Assembly (NCBI GenBank): GCA_051971635.1
Contig: JBFPLN010000003.1
Coordinates: 448,001-512,000, forward strand
Source of the DNA: Candidatus Atelocyanobacterium thalassae
Lineage (GTDB): Bacteria; Cyanobacteriota; Cyanobacteriia; Cyanobacteriales; Microcystaceae
Length of the DNA: 64,000 nucleotides
Direction of reading: 5' to 3'
Below are positions 63,478 to 64,000 of this stretch, piece by piece. Numbering within the stretch: the stretch's first letter is position 1; every line of letters starts with the position of its first letter. The notes under the pieces were generated by a model. That model was not told the DNA's origin. It saw only the letters and a program-made list of their open reading frames with translations, and ran no database searches. Made by a program: the position numbers and the translations under genes.

Positions 63478-63543
63478 TCAAAAAACTTACTAAAATATTT
63501 TATCGGAACATATTAAAAGACTATTAATGAATTTATTAATACT

Positions 63544-64000
63544 ATGGAAAATTTTTGGTTTCAACCTCTTATATGGATAGATTATAGATTAGCGATAATC
63601 TGTGCTATTGTTATGCCCGTAATATTAACAATATTAGCTTTTCTGCAAAAGATCGATGCGATTGGACGCCTATTGGTTATTTACTGGCGGGTTTCTAGTC
63701 TATTATTAATTACTATTTATTTATTAATACCTGGTTGGAATGGAGAAAATAGTTCTTTTGAAATATTCTGTACACATTTAGGTTTTATTACTGCAATTTT
63801 AGCTCGTATTTTAATCCCAATATCTTTATGGTTTTGGATAGACTTAAATGATGAAATTAAAGATTTATCATGGAGCTCTCTTAAATTAGCACTCACTTCA
63901 TGGAGATGGGTTATGACTGTTTATAGTATTGTAGGAATTATATTCCGTATCCCTTTTTTTTCCTGTCTAATTTCTACAAGAGCTTTAGAGACTTCATCTT
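63544..64000 (+). CDS. DUF3177 family membrane protein, partial (runs off the window end)
   Basis: MENFWFQPLIWIDYRLA...RLLVIYWRVSSLLLITIYL...SLWFWIDLNDEI. Confidence 0.82.
   Translation, partial: MENFWFQPLIWIDYRLAIICAIVMPVILTILAFLQKIDAIGRLLVIYWRVSSLLLITIYLLIPGWNGENSSFEIFCTHLGFITAILARILIPISLWFWIDLNDEIKDLSWSSLKLALTSWRWVMTVYSIVGIIFRIPFFSCLISTRALETSS

Noticed and set aside
1..64000. CRISPR array, IS/MITE family, riboswitch or rRNA
   Set aside because: No regularly spaced direct repeats, no transposase, and the inverted repeats share no sequence. No riboswitch core was recognised by eye; an Rfam/Infernal scan would be needed to exclude ncRNAs.

Overview
This is a very AT-rich (roughly 30% GC by eye) chromosomal segment from a unicellular Chroococcales-type cyanobacterium with a reduced genome. 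Genes are dispersed housekeeping and thylakoid genes separated by eroded AT-rich spacers. I found no IS element, phage, CRISPR array or rRNA. It retains PSI and cyclic-electron-flow functions (btpA, petC-petA, ndhO, ndhS, ndhP), ggpS, a cobalamin gene (cbiG-cbiH fusion), peptidoglycan genes (murG, mrdA), a TPR gene resembling those beside uptake-hydrogenase clusters, and five tRNAs. No PSII subunit or carbon-fixation gene falls in the window. This fits a UCYN-A/'Ca. Atelocyanobacterium' (nitroplast)-like symbiont, which is an inference. The best leads are: (1) an otherwise intact Sfp/HetI-type phosphopantetheinyl transferase broken by one extra A in an A10 tract; (2) an FKBP whose N-terminal hydrophobic leader survives as an in-frame relic cut off by a stop codon; (3) a set of unrelated, perfect 13-30 bp AT-rich inverted repeats, mostly at gene 3' ends; (4) three small ORFs missed by the ORF track (ndhP, a 49-aa membrane peptide, a 54-aa Cys4 peptide). 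No multi-gene novel defence or mobile system is evident.
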